From positions 1 through 55,252 of the IMG/VR virus record IMGVR_UViG_3300037258_000366: 55,252 bases of DNA; one strand, given 5' to 3'. Below are positions 44,750 through 54,539 of this stretch, piece by piece. The DNA comes from a virus. Taxonomy: Duplodnaviria > Caudoviricetes. The translations under genes were made by a program, and so were the position numbers. The stretch's first letter is position 1. Each line of letters begins with the position of its first letter. The notes under the pieces are model-generated. The model was not told the DNA's origin and ran no database searches. It saw only the letters and a list, made by a program, of their open reading frames with translations.

Positions 44750-45190
44750 TTAGAGGCTGTTTGTGTGGTCTATGTATCCTGCGAGGTAGTATGTGTAGTA
44801 TTTCTTCTTATTGTCCAGAGCCTGGCTGATTTGCAGGTGATCAGCCAGAATAGGCCATGATCGCACGGGTCCATCGCTTTTGACTGTTTGCTCAGCAATG
44901 AAGTCAATTCGCTCCATTATCGTCTTTTCAGCCGATTTCTTCGCTTCAGCGTCTTTGCGCACTTTGAGTGTTCCGAGGCTTTGGGCGGTTATGTCCAGTA
45001 TGGTCGATATGGCCCATTCACCCTCACTTGTGAGATCCGCCACATAATGGTACCGATCTGCCTCTATGAGACTGAATGCGACAGGCCAGTTGCTTCTGAT
45101 GTCCTTTGCGGTCTTTTGCGACTCATCGTCACCATTGGCCAGTTCCTTCATGTTTGAGCTGATATTGGCGATTGACTCATTGATGTACAT
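44750..45190 (-). CDS. Hypothetical protein (RKD...KxYxYY paralog family)
   Basis: AGGAG SD; weak similarity to 45243 and 49865. Confidence 0.65.
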   Translation of the reverse strand: MYINESIANISSNMKELANGDDESQKTAKDIRSNWPVAFSLIEADRYHYVADLTSEGEWAISTILDITAQSLGTLKVRKDAEAKKSAEKTIMERIDFIAEQTVKSDGPVRSWPILADHLQISQALDNKKKYYTYYLAGYIDHTNSL

Positions 45191-45242
45191 GATTGTCTCC
45201 TTTTGTGTTATTTTGCGGCTTTTGGGTGCTGGCGCGGCTGGG

Positions 45243-45671
45243 CTAGTCCTTTTTGCCCTCTATGAGGAGGCTGATGTAGTATCCGTACCACTTAAGCTGA
45301 TTTGCGAGCAGGCAGTATCTTTCGCGCATTTCAGCACAGAACTCGGCGAATTCGTAAGGATGACCAGAAAATCTGTTTTCATCGGTCATGCCCCTGATTG
45401 CCGCCTTGATCCCGGAATCAGGGTCTTTGCGGTCTTCGTACTCCTTGACCTTTCTGAGCAGTTCGTCTCTTAGTGCCCGGATTGTAACATCACAGTCATT
45501 ATAGACTGATTCGACCCATCCGCTCATTACGAGGGTTATGACCTGATTTGAGTACTTCCAGAATTCTTCGGCTCGCTTCAGGGCATCTTGTGCCGTTTTG
45601 TCACCTTTGGCCAGGTTTGCCTTGAGTCTGGTGATTTCATCAGCTATGAGGTTAAGCTCTGACTTCTTCAC
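45243..45671 (-). CDS. Hypothetical protein (RKDPD...KWYxYY family)
   Basis: AGGAG SD; paralog of 49865. Confidence 0.7.
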   Translation of the reverse strand: MKKSELNLIADEITRLKANLAKGDKTAQDALKRAEEFWKYSNQVITLVMSGWVESVYNDCDVTIRALRDELLRKVKEYEDRKDPDSGIKAAIRGMTDENRFSGHPYEFAEFCAEMRERYCLLANQLKWYGYYISLLIEGKKD

Positions 45672-45718
45672 GTTATGCTCCTTTTATGCTGTTTTGCGCG
45701 GATTTACGTGGTCTTGGG

Positions 45719-46117
45719 CTAAATCTCCTGGTACCAGCGGTATGTCTCCAGTTGATCCGTTGTGATCTTCTCGTCCAGCATTGTCATGGCGTCATCCATT
45801 TTGTCCAGGTTTGCTATGATCAGTTGCTGCTTCTCCACATCTGTCATGCTGAAGGCGAAATCTGCCTTCATCTCCCACATGTCCCGCTTTGCGTATGAAT
45901 GGGAGTAATATGCGTCTCTGCTGCTTTTCTGGTATGTGTCCGCCAGGTCCGCGTGTGAGAGGAATGCACCCATGAAGACATGTTCGAGGACAATTGCCTC
46001 CTTTGGATCCAGAACAGCACCCATGAACATTAGGCCGTCCTTGCCCTGATTTGACGGGTGAGCGGCATATGAGCGGAAGAAGTCCTGCTTGTCCTGAGTT
46101 GTCATCTTGAGAGACAT
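45719..46117 (-). CDS. Hypothetical protein
   Basis: YAAHPSNQG motif; ORF track. Confidence 0.65.
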   Translation of the reverse strand: MSLKMTTQDKQDFFRSYAAHPSNQGKDGLMFMGAVLDPKEAIVLEHVFMGAFLSHADLADTYQKSSRDAYYSHSYAKRDMWEMKADFAFSMTDVEKQQLIIANLDKMDDAMTMLDEKITTDQLETYRWYQEI

Positions 46118-46311
46118 TTTGTCTTAGTTCTCCTTGCTTGCGTCGTTTGCCAGGAATATCCTGTGCCTGCCCTTTTCGCGCCCCAGTGAGGCGATCAGGT
46201 AGCTTATGAGTGTTTTGATCACTTTACCTCCAGATTGCGATGATCAGGACGGCTGCGGGGAAAATGGCTGCCAAGGTGAAACTTATGGCATTTGCCACCT
46301 TTGCTCCCATT

Positions 46312-46569
46312 TCAGTAACTTATGCTCGCTTGCCCCGCTTTGCCCTCATTGAGGAAGTCCATAACGCTTGTCATCTCATATCCTGTTATGAAAACGCAGG
46401 TGTCCTTTTCTCCCTCATTCTTGATGAATATGAACACATTTCCGTGCTTGGTACGCTCGAAGATGAGTTCTGACGTTTTGCCCTTAGTTATGATGCTCAC
46501 GTCCCTTTTGCCCGCCAGCGCGGCATCCATAGGGTGATCTGCTGCGGTTGGGGTGAAATGAGGTACCAT
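46312..46569 (-). CDS. Hypothetical protein
   Basis: GGAGGAAACGGGCATG start context shared with the 49127 and 49763 starts. Confidence 0.6.
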   Translation of the reverse strand: MVPHFTPTAADHPMDAALAGKRDVSIITKGKTSELIFERTKHGNVFIFIKNEGEKDTCVFITGYEMTSVMDFLNEGKAGQASISY

Positions 46570-46612
46570 GCCCGTTTCCTCCGTAAGTCCGTTTTGATCC
46601 TTCACCCGCTAG

Positions 46613-46638
46613 AACAAAGACTAGCGCGGGTGTATTCC
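46613..46638 (-). promoter_or_regulatory. SigR/SigH-type ECF promoter
   Basis: GGAAT-N18-GTT. Confidence 0.7.
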
Positions 46639-46779
46639 CGCCGTTACATGATTGTTACATGATCATGGTTCGCGGCTCTGAGAGCGATTCTAACAAGATC
46701 AACAACAGACCCTTACTCAGGTATGCAGACGGCTCTGTTTGGCCCGTACGCTGCATCGCTGCAGGTCACAGCCCTATGC

Positions 46780-46817
46780 AGACAGGCTGCCATCCTGGCC
46801 AGGATGGCAGCCTGTCT
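46780..46817. terminator. Perfect 38-bp palindrome after the helicase gene
   Basis: agacaggctgccatcctgg|ccaggatggcagcctgtct. Confidence 0.7.
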
Positions 46818-46838
46818 TTGACCGGTTTGATATAGTTT

Positions 46839-49127
46839 TTACCTTCCGTACCTGTCTAGTGTCCTTTCGAGCAACTGGTTAAATATGTTCTCTTCCTCAT
46901 CTTCAACCTTTATGCCGCGATTGACAACCTGCGTCACCTTGCGCTTGGCTTCCACCAGTTCATACATGTCCTCGTCTATTGTCTCCATCCCCACCATGTA
47001 CCACGCGGTGACTGCATTGTCCTGGCCTATCCTGTGTGCCCTGTCTTCTGCCTGATTTTGCTTTTCGGCGTTCCAGTACTGCTCTGTGAACAATACGTCA
47101 CTTGCGGCGGTTAGTGTGTGTCCTTCCGCTCCGGCCATGAATGAGACGACTATGACGTTTGACTCTTTTGCCTGGAAACGCTGCTTATGCTCATCAATGC
47201 TCTTTGAATCCTGGCCTCCGAGGATATGAGTTACATTGTGTCCCGCTGCCCGCAATCCGTTAATCATTGCGGTTTGCACATTCTTGTGAATTGCGAACAC
47301 AATTAGGCTGTTACCAGACTCCAGAAAGTCATTTGCCCATTCTAGGGACTGTTCGATCTTTGCCGTCCCTACTGCGCCCCTGAGAGCGTTAAGGTAGACA
47401 ATGGCCTCTGCCTTTGTCTTTGCGGCCTTTTCTGCTCCTTCACGTGCCATGCGCACGTATGTGCTCATTGCTGACGACGTGAGAGCTATGAACTGCGCTG
47501 ACCGTGTTTTGGGGGGAAGTTCCCTGAGTACGTCTGTTTTGGTCCTTTGCACCATACACGTCTGCCTGAGCCATATGTGCAGTTCTTCTGTATTTGTCGC
47601 ACCATTGAATGACATCCACTTTGCGTTGCCGTTTTTCGCTTCTGGCTTGCAATAGCGGTATTTGAACCAGCTTACGGAACCTTCACCCTTTGTGCGGGGG
47701 TTTAGCACACCTAGCACCACTAGCTGCTGTACTAGCTCAATTGGCCTGTTAAGCACTGGAGTGCCCGTTAGCTCCATAACAAGAGCATTATCGGCAAGCA
47801 TGCACTCACTGCGGCGCTTTGTCTTATTTCCGTATGCATCCTGCTCTTCTATGGTGAGATTACCCGTAAGCTCCAGGATTGCCTTGGTTCTGTCTGCTTT
47901 CTCGTTTTTGATGTAGTGTGACTCATCACACACCAGCGCGCGAAGTTTGGGCAGGTAAGGTATGTATGAGGCCACTATGTTATAGCTCATGATGAGAATG
48001 TCCGCTTTCATGAGCCTTTGCCCTGTATTCTTGCTTCCGTACACATGTACGGTCCTGTGAGGGATAAGAGCCTTGATTTCCCTTTCCCACACGAATTTAA
48101 GGTTTGACGGGCACACGACCAATGCCGGGTAAGCCTCTTTTGTCTCAAGTGCTGAGATTGCCTGTCTTGTCTTGCCAAGACCCATGTCATCCGCATTCAG
48201 GCAACCAATGAATGGTGTGTCCTCATTGCGGCGTGTGATCATGTATGCCACGCCTGCCCGCTGATATGGCCTAAGGTCATCCATGATAGCTACATCCACA
48301 TTTGTGTCATGTGCCTTGGAATCAGCTATTGTGGCCTCTATTGCAGCGGCTTTTACCTCTTCATCCGCTCTGCCCTTTTCGATAAGAGCGCGTGCCTCGC
48401 CCGAAATGGTCAGCTTGTACTCTTCTGCCAGTTTGTACAGGTAAACTGACGTGCTGACATGATTTATCTTGTTTGGCCCGTCCCATCGCCTGCCAGGTAT
48501 TGCGCGGGTGACATGCAGAGGGATTTGCCCGAAAAACTCCTCCTTGATGATGATATGACCATCCATCACCTGAATGTGCGCCTCTTGTGCGGTTTGCTCA
48601 GGAGGTGTGTAATTTGCCGCGAGTGCCTGCATTTCCTGCTCCTGTGCAGCGGTGAGGCTTATATCCAGACCAAGGATAGTTGATGCTGCTTTCCCGTTAA
48701 GCTCTGAATCCCACGATTTGCCCGCATATGTGAACTCAAAGTCATTTCGCTTAAGCTCATTCTTAATTGAGAATGAATTGAAGACTTTGACCACATTGCC
48801 CGTTATCTTAACGTAAGGAGCATTCTTGCGCTTGTATTCCGCTTGCCGTGCTATGTCCCTTGCGCTGTAAACATCATGACTTTCGCTGATTGGTGCCAGT
48901 TTGATGGTTCCCAGATCGATATCGTGATCCATAAGCTGATTGCGGTAAGTTGGCAGCATACGCGAAACTTCAGCAGCTAGTTCTGCATTCCACTCACTTA
49001 CTGGCATTGCTGCTACTCTGCGCCCGAATTTGGCGTCCTGCCCGTTAAACCCGACAAAATCCCTTGCCAGTGCGCCATCACAGACAGCAGCAAGAGCGCT
49101 GACCGCTTTGTGCAGATCTTCGTACAT
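46839..49127 (-). CDS. SNF2/HARP-like superfamily 2 helicase/ATPase
   Basis: LRPYQ, ADDMGLGKT, DESHY, LTGTP, QAEDRAHRIGQ. Confidence 0.92.
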   Translation of the reverse strand: MYEDLHKAVSALAAVCDGALARDFVGFNGQDAKFGRRVAAMPVSEWNAELAAEVSRMLPTYRNQLMDHDIDLGTIKLAPISESHDVYSARDIARQAEYKRKNAPYVKITGNVVKVFNSFSIKNELKRNDFEFTYAGKSWDSELNGKAASTILGLDISLTAAQEQEMQALAANYTPPEQTAQEAHIQVMDGHIIIKEEFFGQIPLHVTRAIPGRRWDGPNKINHVSTSVYLYKLAEEYKLTISGEARALIEKGRADEEVKAAAIEATIADSKAHDTNVDVAIMDDLRPYQRAGVAYMITRRNEDTPFIGCLNADDMGLGKTRQAISALETKEAYPALVVCPSNLKFVWEREIKALIPHRTVHVYGSKNTGQRLMKADILIMSYNIVASYIPYLPKLRALVCDESHYIKNEKADRTKAILELTGNLTIEEQDAYGNKTKRRSECMLADNALVMELTGTPVLNRPIELVQQLVVLGVLNPRTKGEGSVSWFKYRYCKPEAKNGNAKWMSFNGATNTEELHIWLRQTCMVQRTKTDVLRELPPKTRSAQFIALTSSAMSTYVRMAREGAEKAAKTKAEAIVYLNALRGAVGTAKIEQSLEWANDFLESGNSLIVFAIHKNVQTAMINGLRAAGHNVTHILGGQDSKSIDEHKQRFQAKESNVIVVSFMAGAEGHTLTAASDVLFTEQYWNAEKQNQAEDRAHRIGQDNAVTAWYMVGMETIDEDMYELVEAKRKVTQVVNRGIKVEDEEENIFNQLLERTLDRYGR

Positions 49128-49174
49128 TGCCCGGTTTCGCCTCCTTGATTACGTTGTGGTCTAACGGGACTAGT

Positions 49175-49200
49175 AACAGTGCTGGCCTGGTGAGTATTCC
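49175..49200 (-). promoter_or_regulatory. SigR/SigH-type ECF promoter
   Basis: GGAAT-N18-GTT upstream of the helicase. Confidence 0.7.
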
Positions 49201-49318
49201 CGTTACCCGTGAGTAATTTTCTAAGCCATTCTGACAAGATCATTTAGCTACCCTCACTGAGGTATGGCTAGCCTGCTGTTTGCCTGTCAGCGTTGCCCTG
49301 AGAGACGCCTAGACACAA

Positions 49319-49351
49319 ACATGCCCCGTGGCCACTGGCCACGGGGCATGT
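49319..49351 (-). terminator. Hairpin terminator
   Basis: acatgccccgtggcca-c-tggccacggggcatgt. Confidence 0.7.
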
Positions 49352-49361
49352 CTGGTTTGTT

Positions 49362-49763
49362 CTAGTATGGGCGAGGTGAACCGTAATCCTTGCCCGTAAC
49401 TGCATACCAGTAGTTTTCCACCGCCTTCTTAGCTTCTAGCAGACTTGAGTGGGTTGCCTGCCGGTATTCCTTGATTGCGCAGATTTTGTTGCCAGCGAGC
49501 ATTTCACGCACACATGCAGGGATCTGTGAGGGATTGGACCATCCAGGCGGAGTTACCGGGGGAACAGCCGAAGCCTTCACCTCTGGGCGCATTGGCGCGA
49601 AATTGCTGAACACATCGGTTCGGTCTATGACGTAACCGCCGTCCGAAATTACCTGCACCCATTCCACATTGTCCATTGTGAGAAGCTTCTCACCATCGCT
49701 GGAATGGGTGAGTGCAAACAGGGTAGGGAAGTTCTGACCTGAAAACTGCACGACTGCGATCAT
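49362..49763 (-). CDS. Protein with C-terminal ribosomal L7/L12 CTD-like domain
   Basis: KICAIKEYRQATHSSLLEAKKAVE matches the L7/L12 pattern KI..IK..R..T...L.EAK..VE. Confidence 0.7.
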   Translation of the reverse strand: MIAVVQFSGQNFPTLFALTHSSDGEKLLTMDNVEWVQVISDGGYVIDRTDVFSNFAPMRPEVKASAVPPVTPPGWSNPSQIPACVREMLAGNKICAIKEYRQATHSSLLEAKKAVENYWYAVTGKDYGSPRPY

Positions 49764-49809
49764 TTGCCCGTTTCCTCCGATTTTCTCGATTGTGCCTAAC
49801 GCTATGAAG

Positions 49810-49835
49810 AACCAGAGACCAAGATCATTTATTCC
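49810..49835 (-). promoter_or_regulatory. SigR/SigH-type ECF promoter
   Basis: GGAAT-N18-GTT. Confidence 0.7.
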
Positions 49836-49864
49836 CGTGATCCTGAAAGTTTTTCAAGATCTTT

Positions 49865-50341
49865 TTACCTGCCCGAATAATCCGGGTAAGCCTTCTTCCA
49901 CTCATTCAGGTAATAAACATACCATTTCTGAAGATTGTTCAGGGTGTGAGGAATGTCCAGCTTGTCTTCAAGAACAGTTCTGCTCGAAAATGGGCCAATA
50001 TCTACAGAAACCGACTCCTTGCGAATTATTTCCGCAATCTGATCCTTGAGACTTTTGTCCGGGTCTTTCCTTTCCTGCCATTCTGCGACGATCTTTTCCA
50101 GTTCGTTACGAATCTTCTGCAAGCTACGAATTGAGTAATCAGCCCTCGGACCCACGGAAAGAATAACAGTACCAAGATGGAGATAATGCGCAAGAGGGTA
50201 AGTTACATCGTAAGCATTCCTGAGTTTGGCAAGAGCGACATCAGCCTCAATATCACCGCAATCGGCAATCTGATCTGAAGCCATGTAAATATAAGTTGCG
50301 TTTTCCTTAACGGTTGGCATTGTTTTTCCCTCCGCTTTCAT
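49865..50341 (-). CDS. Hypothetical protein (RKDPD...KWYxYY family)
   Basis: Paralog of 45243. Confidence 0.7.
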   Translation of the reverse strand: MKAEGKTMPTVKENATYIYMASDQIADCGDIEADVALAKLRNAYDVTYPLAHYLHLGTVILSVGPRADYSIRSLQKIRNELEKIVAEWQERKDPDKSLKDQIAEIIRKESVSVDIGPFSSRTVLEDKLDIPHTLNNLQKWYVYYLNEWKKAYPDYSGR

Positions 50342-50376
50342 TTAGGTCTCAAAATTGTTTACGAATTTTATTTCAT

Positions 50377-50559
50377 TTAACTAATCTTGCTTTTGCTGTG
50401 CTCTGCATTCAGGAGAATTACCGCGCTGACTGCCAGGCCGATGATTCCGAGAATAAATCCGAGAAAGAAGCCTAGCCACGCGGATTTACCTGCTTTCATT
50501 GTGCAATACGCGCTGGCAACTCCAATCACACACCATATGAATATCCAGATAACTATCAT
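50377..50559 (-). CDS. Small membrane protein
   Basis: Two TM segments, GFFLGFILGIIG. Confidence 0.65.
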   Translation of the reverse strand: MIVIWIFIWCVIGVASAYCTMKAGKSAWLGFFLGFILGIIGLAVSAVILLNAEHSKSKIS

Positions 50560-50775
50560 TTAAATCATCACGCTTTCAAGATTGTCTGTGTCATCATACA
50601 AATCATAATCCGCGCAGTCCTCAGCATTTTCCTGAATGAACCTGACCCGGTCACTACGCTGGACGTGCCCGCCATTGCCCTTAATTCTGCGGTATGCTCT
50701 GCGCTCGTCCCTTTCAGAAGCAATAGCGTCTTGCCTGCGAACCTTCTTGCTGTTGAGTCTTGCCGTGGCGCTCAT
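50560..50775 (-). CDS. Small hypothetical protein
   Basis: GAGGAG SD. Confidence 0.6.
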   Translation of the reverse strand: MSATARLNSKKVRRQDAIASERDERRAYRRIKGNGGHVQRSDRVRFIQENAEDCADYDLYDDTDNLESVMI

Positions 50776-50850
50776 TTCTTTCTCCTCCTCGTTCCTGGTA
50801 AGCTTTCACAGCTAGCTTACCAGGATTCCCCGCGTTGTCAAGAGCTAGTT

Positions 50851-51192
50851 TTAGCTGAAGTAGTAATAGGTCGTGTCTCCTATTTCCACCTCATCAGTAT
50901 CTTCTGTCCGCTTCTCTGTTACGTCATCCCAGTTAATGCAGGAATAAGGCAGTTCATCAAAATCAACACCGTAAACGATTTCAGTAAACTCCCCCTTAAT
51001 ATATTCATTAAGGTGAGTTCCCCGGACAAGTTGGCCATCTATGTAATAAGGCTCCAGATTCTGGAAAACCTCCGCAAGCTGCTTCAGTTCCTCCATAGCA
51101 CCAGCATCTGTGACATCATCCACAATCTCAGACATTCTCTCCGCCATGTCCTCAAGGTACAGAATATCAGCGGTAAAATTAGTGGTGTTCAT
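50851..51192 (-). CDS. Acidic hypothetical protein (weakly ArdA-like C-terminus)
   Basis: Highly acidic; YSCINWDDVTEKRTED..EVEIGDTTYYY. Confidence 0.6.
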   Translation of the reverse strand: MNTTNFTADILYLEDMAERMSEIVDDVTDAGAMEELKQLAEVFQNLEPYYIDGQLVRGTHLNEYIKGEFTEIVYGVDFDELPYSCINWDDVTEKRTEDTDEVEIGDTTYYYFS

Positions 51193-51229
51193 TTTATCCT
51201 CCTAAATAGATTTATTTACTGTAAACGCC

Positions 51230-51261
51230 TGTTGGCGGGCCGGATATCCGGCCCGCCAACA
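51230..51261. terminator. Perfect 32-bp palindrome/terminator
   Basis: tgttggcgggccggat|atccggcccgccaaca. Confidence 0.7.
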
Positions 51262-51273
51262 TTTTGCGGGGAT

Positions 51274-51609
51274 TTACTCGGCAGGTGACTGCTCCAGCCA
51301 CGCGTTACGGCTAACGGCCTGCGACTCGTCCACAACCGGAGCCGTGAACTTGACCATAAGACCCTTCTCCTTAGCCCAAGTGCGCATCTTGGTCTGAGCA
51401 CTCACGTCAGCAGCCTTGTTAGGGCTGGAGAAAGGAAACAGAAGCTCAGGATCACGCAGCGTGGCCAGAAGACCAGTTTCCATGTTCGGGATTTCAGCAG
51501 CCTTACGACCGCGCTTGCTCTCCTCACGAACACCCTTCACACAAATGCCATTCAGCAGCGTGGGGTCGGCAGTCTGGACAGCGCCACGGCCTGAGGTCTT
51601 AGTAGTCAT
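51274..51609 (-). CDS. Hypothetical protein
   Basis: GGAGG SD; own promoter and terminator. Confidence 0.7.
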   Translation of the reverse strand: MTTKTSGRGAVQTADPTLLNGICVKGVREESKRGRKAAEIPNMETGLLATLRDPELLFPFSSPNKAADVSAQTKMRTWAKEKGLMVKFTAPVVDESQAVSRNAWLEQSPAE

Positions 51610-51679
51610 TTTGAACCCTCCATTTTTCGGTCTGTGTTTTTATCTGTGAGGCTTGGTGCCTCCCTCGCTTTCAAGAGCA

Positions 51680-51708
51680 ACACTACCTGGTCACGCAACC
51701 GCTGTCAA
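51680..51708 (-). promoter_or_regulatory. Principal-sigma promoter
   Basis: TTGACA-N17-TAGTGT. Confidence 0.65.
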
Positions 51709-52133
51709 GATGTTTTCTCAAAATCTTTTACACGGCGCTGTTCCAGCGTTACTGCATACCCAACTACCCCTGTAAAGAAGACAGCTAGCAGCACGATAGC
51801 AACCACAACCGCGTTGTTGTAGAGGCTGACAAAGATGCTGACACCTACAGCTAGCAAGGCAGCAACCCACGCGCGCATAAGCCTTACATCAGGCTTCTTA
51901 TTCATGCCCAGTTTTTCCCTCAATTGCTCGAAATCTTGTGGCTTGATGTCAAATCCGGTAAATGCCCGGTCTGGCAGGTGAGAGACCAGAATAGCCGAGG
52001 AAGCCACAGCCCTCTGATAATCAGTCATATTGTAGGCTTCCACGTCCATATGGCCAAATGTCACCTCAACGTTGCCGTTTGACATTTTGTGCACTCTTAC
52101 TGCTTTACGCGGCATCTCACTCTGCATTGTCAT
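51705..52133 (-). CDS. Membrane protein
   Basis: Two C-terminal TM segments. Confidence 0.65.
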   Translation of the reverse strand: MTMQSEMPRKAVRVHKMSNGNVEVTFGHMDVEAYNMTDYQRAVASSAILVSHLPDRAFTGFDIKPQDFEQLREKLGMNKKPDVRLMRAWVAALLAVGVSIFVSLYNNAVVVAIVLLAVFFTGVVGYAVTLEQRRVKDFEKTS

Positions 52134-52341
52134 TTTGCACCTTCTTATGAGTGCTTATTACGATGTGTGCCATCTGAAGCCATTGTGCCTGAGATTTTGC
52201 TGAAGTGTCCTCCCATTTCAGGCCCTTATAACGATTTACCCTGGCGAAATGATCGAATGCAGCCTTTGCGGCTGCTTCTATAGGTGTCATATTTTCGCCT
52301 CCAAAATTACGATTTATGCTGGTAAATCAGTTTTCTTCTGC

Positions 52342-52692
52342 TTATGTCCTGAACTTCAGCACAATGTCAGGATAATTGCGCAGTACAACGTCTTCATGAA
52401 TAACTGTACCGCCCATACCAGTTCTCCGGATAACTCCTGCAGTGAACACATGGAACCAGTCATGTGTCTTTTCGCTGTACCACACATCATTTGCCTTTGG
52501 TGGCCAGTTGGCCGGGTCTGTGCGGGCAATGACTGAACTAGACAGGCTGTTGTCAAAAACCTCGTGATAGTTGTGATTCCTGTCATCTGTCACAATATAC
52601 CCGCACCGGTAACTCTCACTCGTTCCGGGCAGGTGTTTAACAACACCATCGAACTCTACATGAACCTTGTCGCCAACGCTAAACCTGTTCAT
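52342..52692 (-). CDS. Hypothetical protein (GDKVHVEFDG...PANWPP..NDVW family)
   Basis: GGAGG SD; paralog family. Confidence 0.7.
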   Translation of the reverse strand: MNRFSVGDKVHVEFDGVVKHLPGTSESYRCGYIVTDDRNHNYHEVFDNSLSSSVIARTDPANWPPKANDVWYSEKTHDWFHVFTAGVIRRTGMGGTVIHEDVVLRNYPDIVLKFRT

Positions 52693-52746
52693 TTTTCCTC
52701 CAGATTTCGTTTAAGTTTCGTTTATGATTACGAGTTTTATTTCGTT

Positions 52747-53052
52747 TTACTCCGGGTTATTTTCCGGATGATCTGCTGTGTTGGGCAGAGGGTTAAAATA
52801 CAGCGTGCCTCTATAGTCACTATTCACAAGAGTATTGCATGCTGAAGTATCATCTTCTGAAGAATAACCAGCATCAGCCAAAGCAGTCTTCACACGGTTA
52901 GTGTATCCTCTGGCAGACCTGCCGTAATCTCCGCCAACGTAATAGAAAAGCGCTGCAAGAGCCTCAGCCTCATAATCAGAAAGCTCAAGAACAACTCTCT
53001 TAACTTCAACTGGCCTCTGCTCAGTAACCTTCTTAACTGTTGCCTTTGCCAT
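52747..53052 (-). CDS. Hypothetical protein, paralog of 31429
   Basis: AGGAG SD. Confidence 0.7.
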   Translation of the reverse strand: MAKATVKKVTEQRPVEVKRVVLELSDYEAEALAALFYYVGGDYGRSARGYTNRVKTALADAGYSSEDDTSACNTLVNSDYRGTLYFNPLPNTADHPENNPE

Positions 53053-53094
53053 TTTTTTACTCTCCTTAAAAGGTCATGGATACTGCAGTTGTCT

Positions 53095-53319
53095 TTACTC
53101 AGCTTCCCTGAACTCAACTTTCTGAATAGTCCAGTCCGGATGATGGTTCATCTGACCAGTCCAGTTAATCATTTGCGGCTGAATCTGACCCCAGCCTGAG
53201 TGAGTACCATCCACATAATGGAACCTGAATTCCATTCTCTTAACTTCTGGCTTGACTTCTGGCTTAACTTCTGGTGCAGAATCAGTAACCTCAGTAATTT
53301 CGATGAGGTACTTCGTCAT
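53095..53319 (-). CDS. Small protein with PEVK x3 tandem repeat
   Basis: AGGAGG SD; 12-bp tandem repeat. Confidence 0.65.
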   Translation of the reverse strand: MTKYLIEITEVTDSAPEVKPEVKPEVKRMEFRFHYVDGTHSGWGQIQPQMINWTGQMNHHPDWTIQKVEFREAE

Positions 53320-53667
53320 TTTTCCTCCTTAAGAATTCTGGATAATATATTAACGGCCCCCGCCAGCCGCTAACATGTCAAGTCCCCGCACCACTCTACT
53401 CAGGAAATGACTCCCATACAGTGAAAGCTAGATAAACATGCCTTCCTCCCAGAATTGGGTACAGTTCTCCTAAACTATTCACATTCGCAATGTTACCTAT
53501 TCTTCCAACCTGAATATCATTAAAGCTCTCAGATCCCTTTGCCTTGCGAAAATTAAAAATCTGGGCTGACATTCAGTAACCTGGCAAATGCTGTCCTTGG
53601 CGCAGCGAATGGCAGATTTTACCAGCTATCCTCCGAGGGAGCCGTTCCGCTCCGTCTGAGAACTACT

Positions 53668-53919
53668 CTACTCGCTGGCATGCTCCGTGTCAAGACCTGT
53701 ACCAAGGTCTTTCGGAACTTCTTTCGCTGGCAGTGCTGCGAGCGTTGTCACAACGTCCGACATGTCCTGTCTTAGCAGCTTATGGCTTTCCAGCAGTACA
53801 TCAGTTTGCGCTTTATTTTTAAAATGTATCCATGTTGTTATTACAACTGCTGCGGCTAAATTAGGCCACACAGGCGTCCAGAAATCCCTGATGAACAAAT
53901 CATGCCAGAAAAATAACAC
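53668..53919 (-). CDS. Small membrane protein
   Basis: VWPNLAA motif plus TM. Confidence 0.55.
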   Translation of the reverse strand: MLFFWHDLFIRDFWTPVWPNLAAAVVITTWIHFKNKAQTDVLLESHKLLRQDMSDVVTTLAALPAKEVPKDLGTGLDTEHASE

Positions 53920-53978
53920 GGATAACTGCCAGAAGTCAGGGGATATAATCTCACTTAATTATATCCCCTGACAGTTAA

Positions 53979-54539
53979 TCAGGCAGTTTCCTCAATTGCC
54001 TGACGTACAGCCTGTCCCCACGGTACCTGACGATCCTGGTGACGCTGAGCCTTTTCCAGCAGATTCAGTGCATCAGGTCCAATGTACTTCTGAAGCACCT
54101 CATGACGGGAAATAGGCACAGTATTTCCGCTTGATGTGAATCCTCTGACGGAATCATGTGTCGCGCCTGACATTTCACTTAGCGGAATTCCCGCAAGATG
54201 AAGCATCCATCCTATCAGGCAAGAAGGAGCACCATCCTCCACATAAACACAGCTAGGTCCGCCACTAGGAGCCTTGTAAACAAATTCTTCCTTTGCATCT
54301 ACAGCGCGGCCAAGATAATAAATAGCTATTTCTCTTGACATACGAGTCTTAAGAAGTTCCTGCCTTCTGGCTTCTGCCGCCTTTGCTGCCTGCTTTTCCT
54401 CTTCAGCAGCCTTCTGCTCTCTTAACTTCTTTACCCTCAATTCAGCCTCCTTGACCTGCTCATCAAGACTAAGACTTTTCTCAACTGGCGGTGGCGAGTC
54501 ATAACTAATCACCATGCCGTAACTATCGTAACCATACAT
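53979..54539 (-). CDS. Actinophage hypothetical protein
   Basis: FVY...CVY..DGAPSCLIG...AQ..QD...PWG.A. Confidence 0.7.
   Translation of the reverse strand: MYGYDSYGMVISYDSPPPVEKSLSLDEQVKEAELRVKKLREQKAAEEEKQAAKAAEARRQELLKTRMSREIAIYYLGRAVDAKEEFVYKAPSGGPSCVYVEDGAPSCLIGWMLHLAGIPLSEMSGATHDSVRGFTSSGNTVPISRHEVLQKYIGPDALNLLEKAQRHQDRQVPWGQAVRQAIEETA

Noticed and set aside
46780-46817. Protelomerase or hairpin-telomere site (perfect palindromes here and at 51230)
   Set aside because: Both lie directly after stop codons like the other GC-rich terminators, and no protelomerase gene was seen
53348-53381. TTGACA promoter upstream of 53095..53319
   Set aside because: No plausible -10 at 16-18 nt spacing
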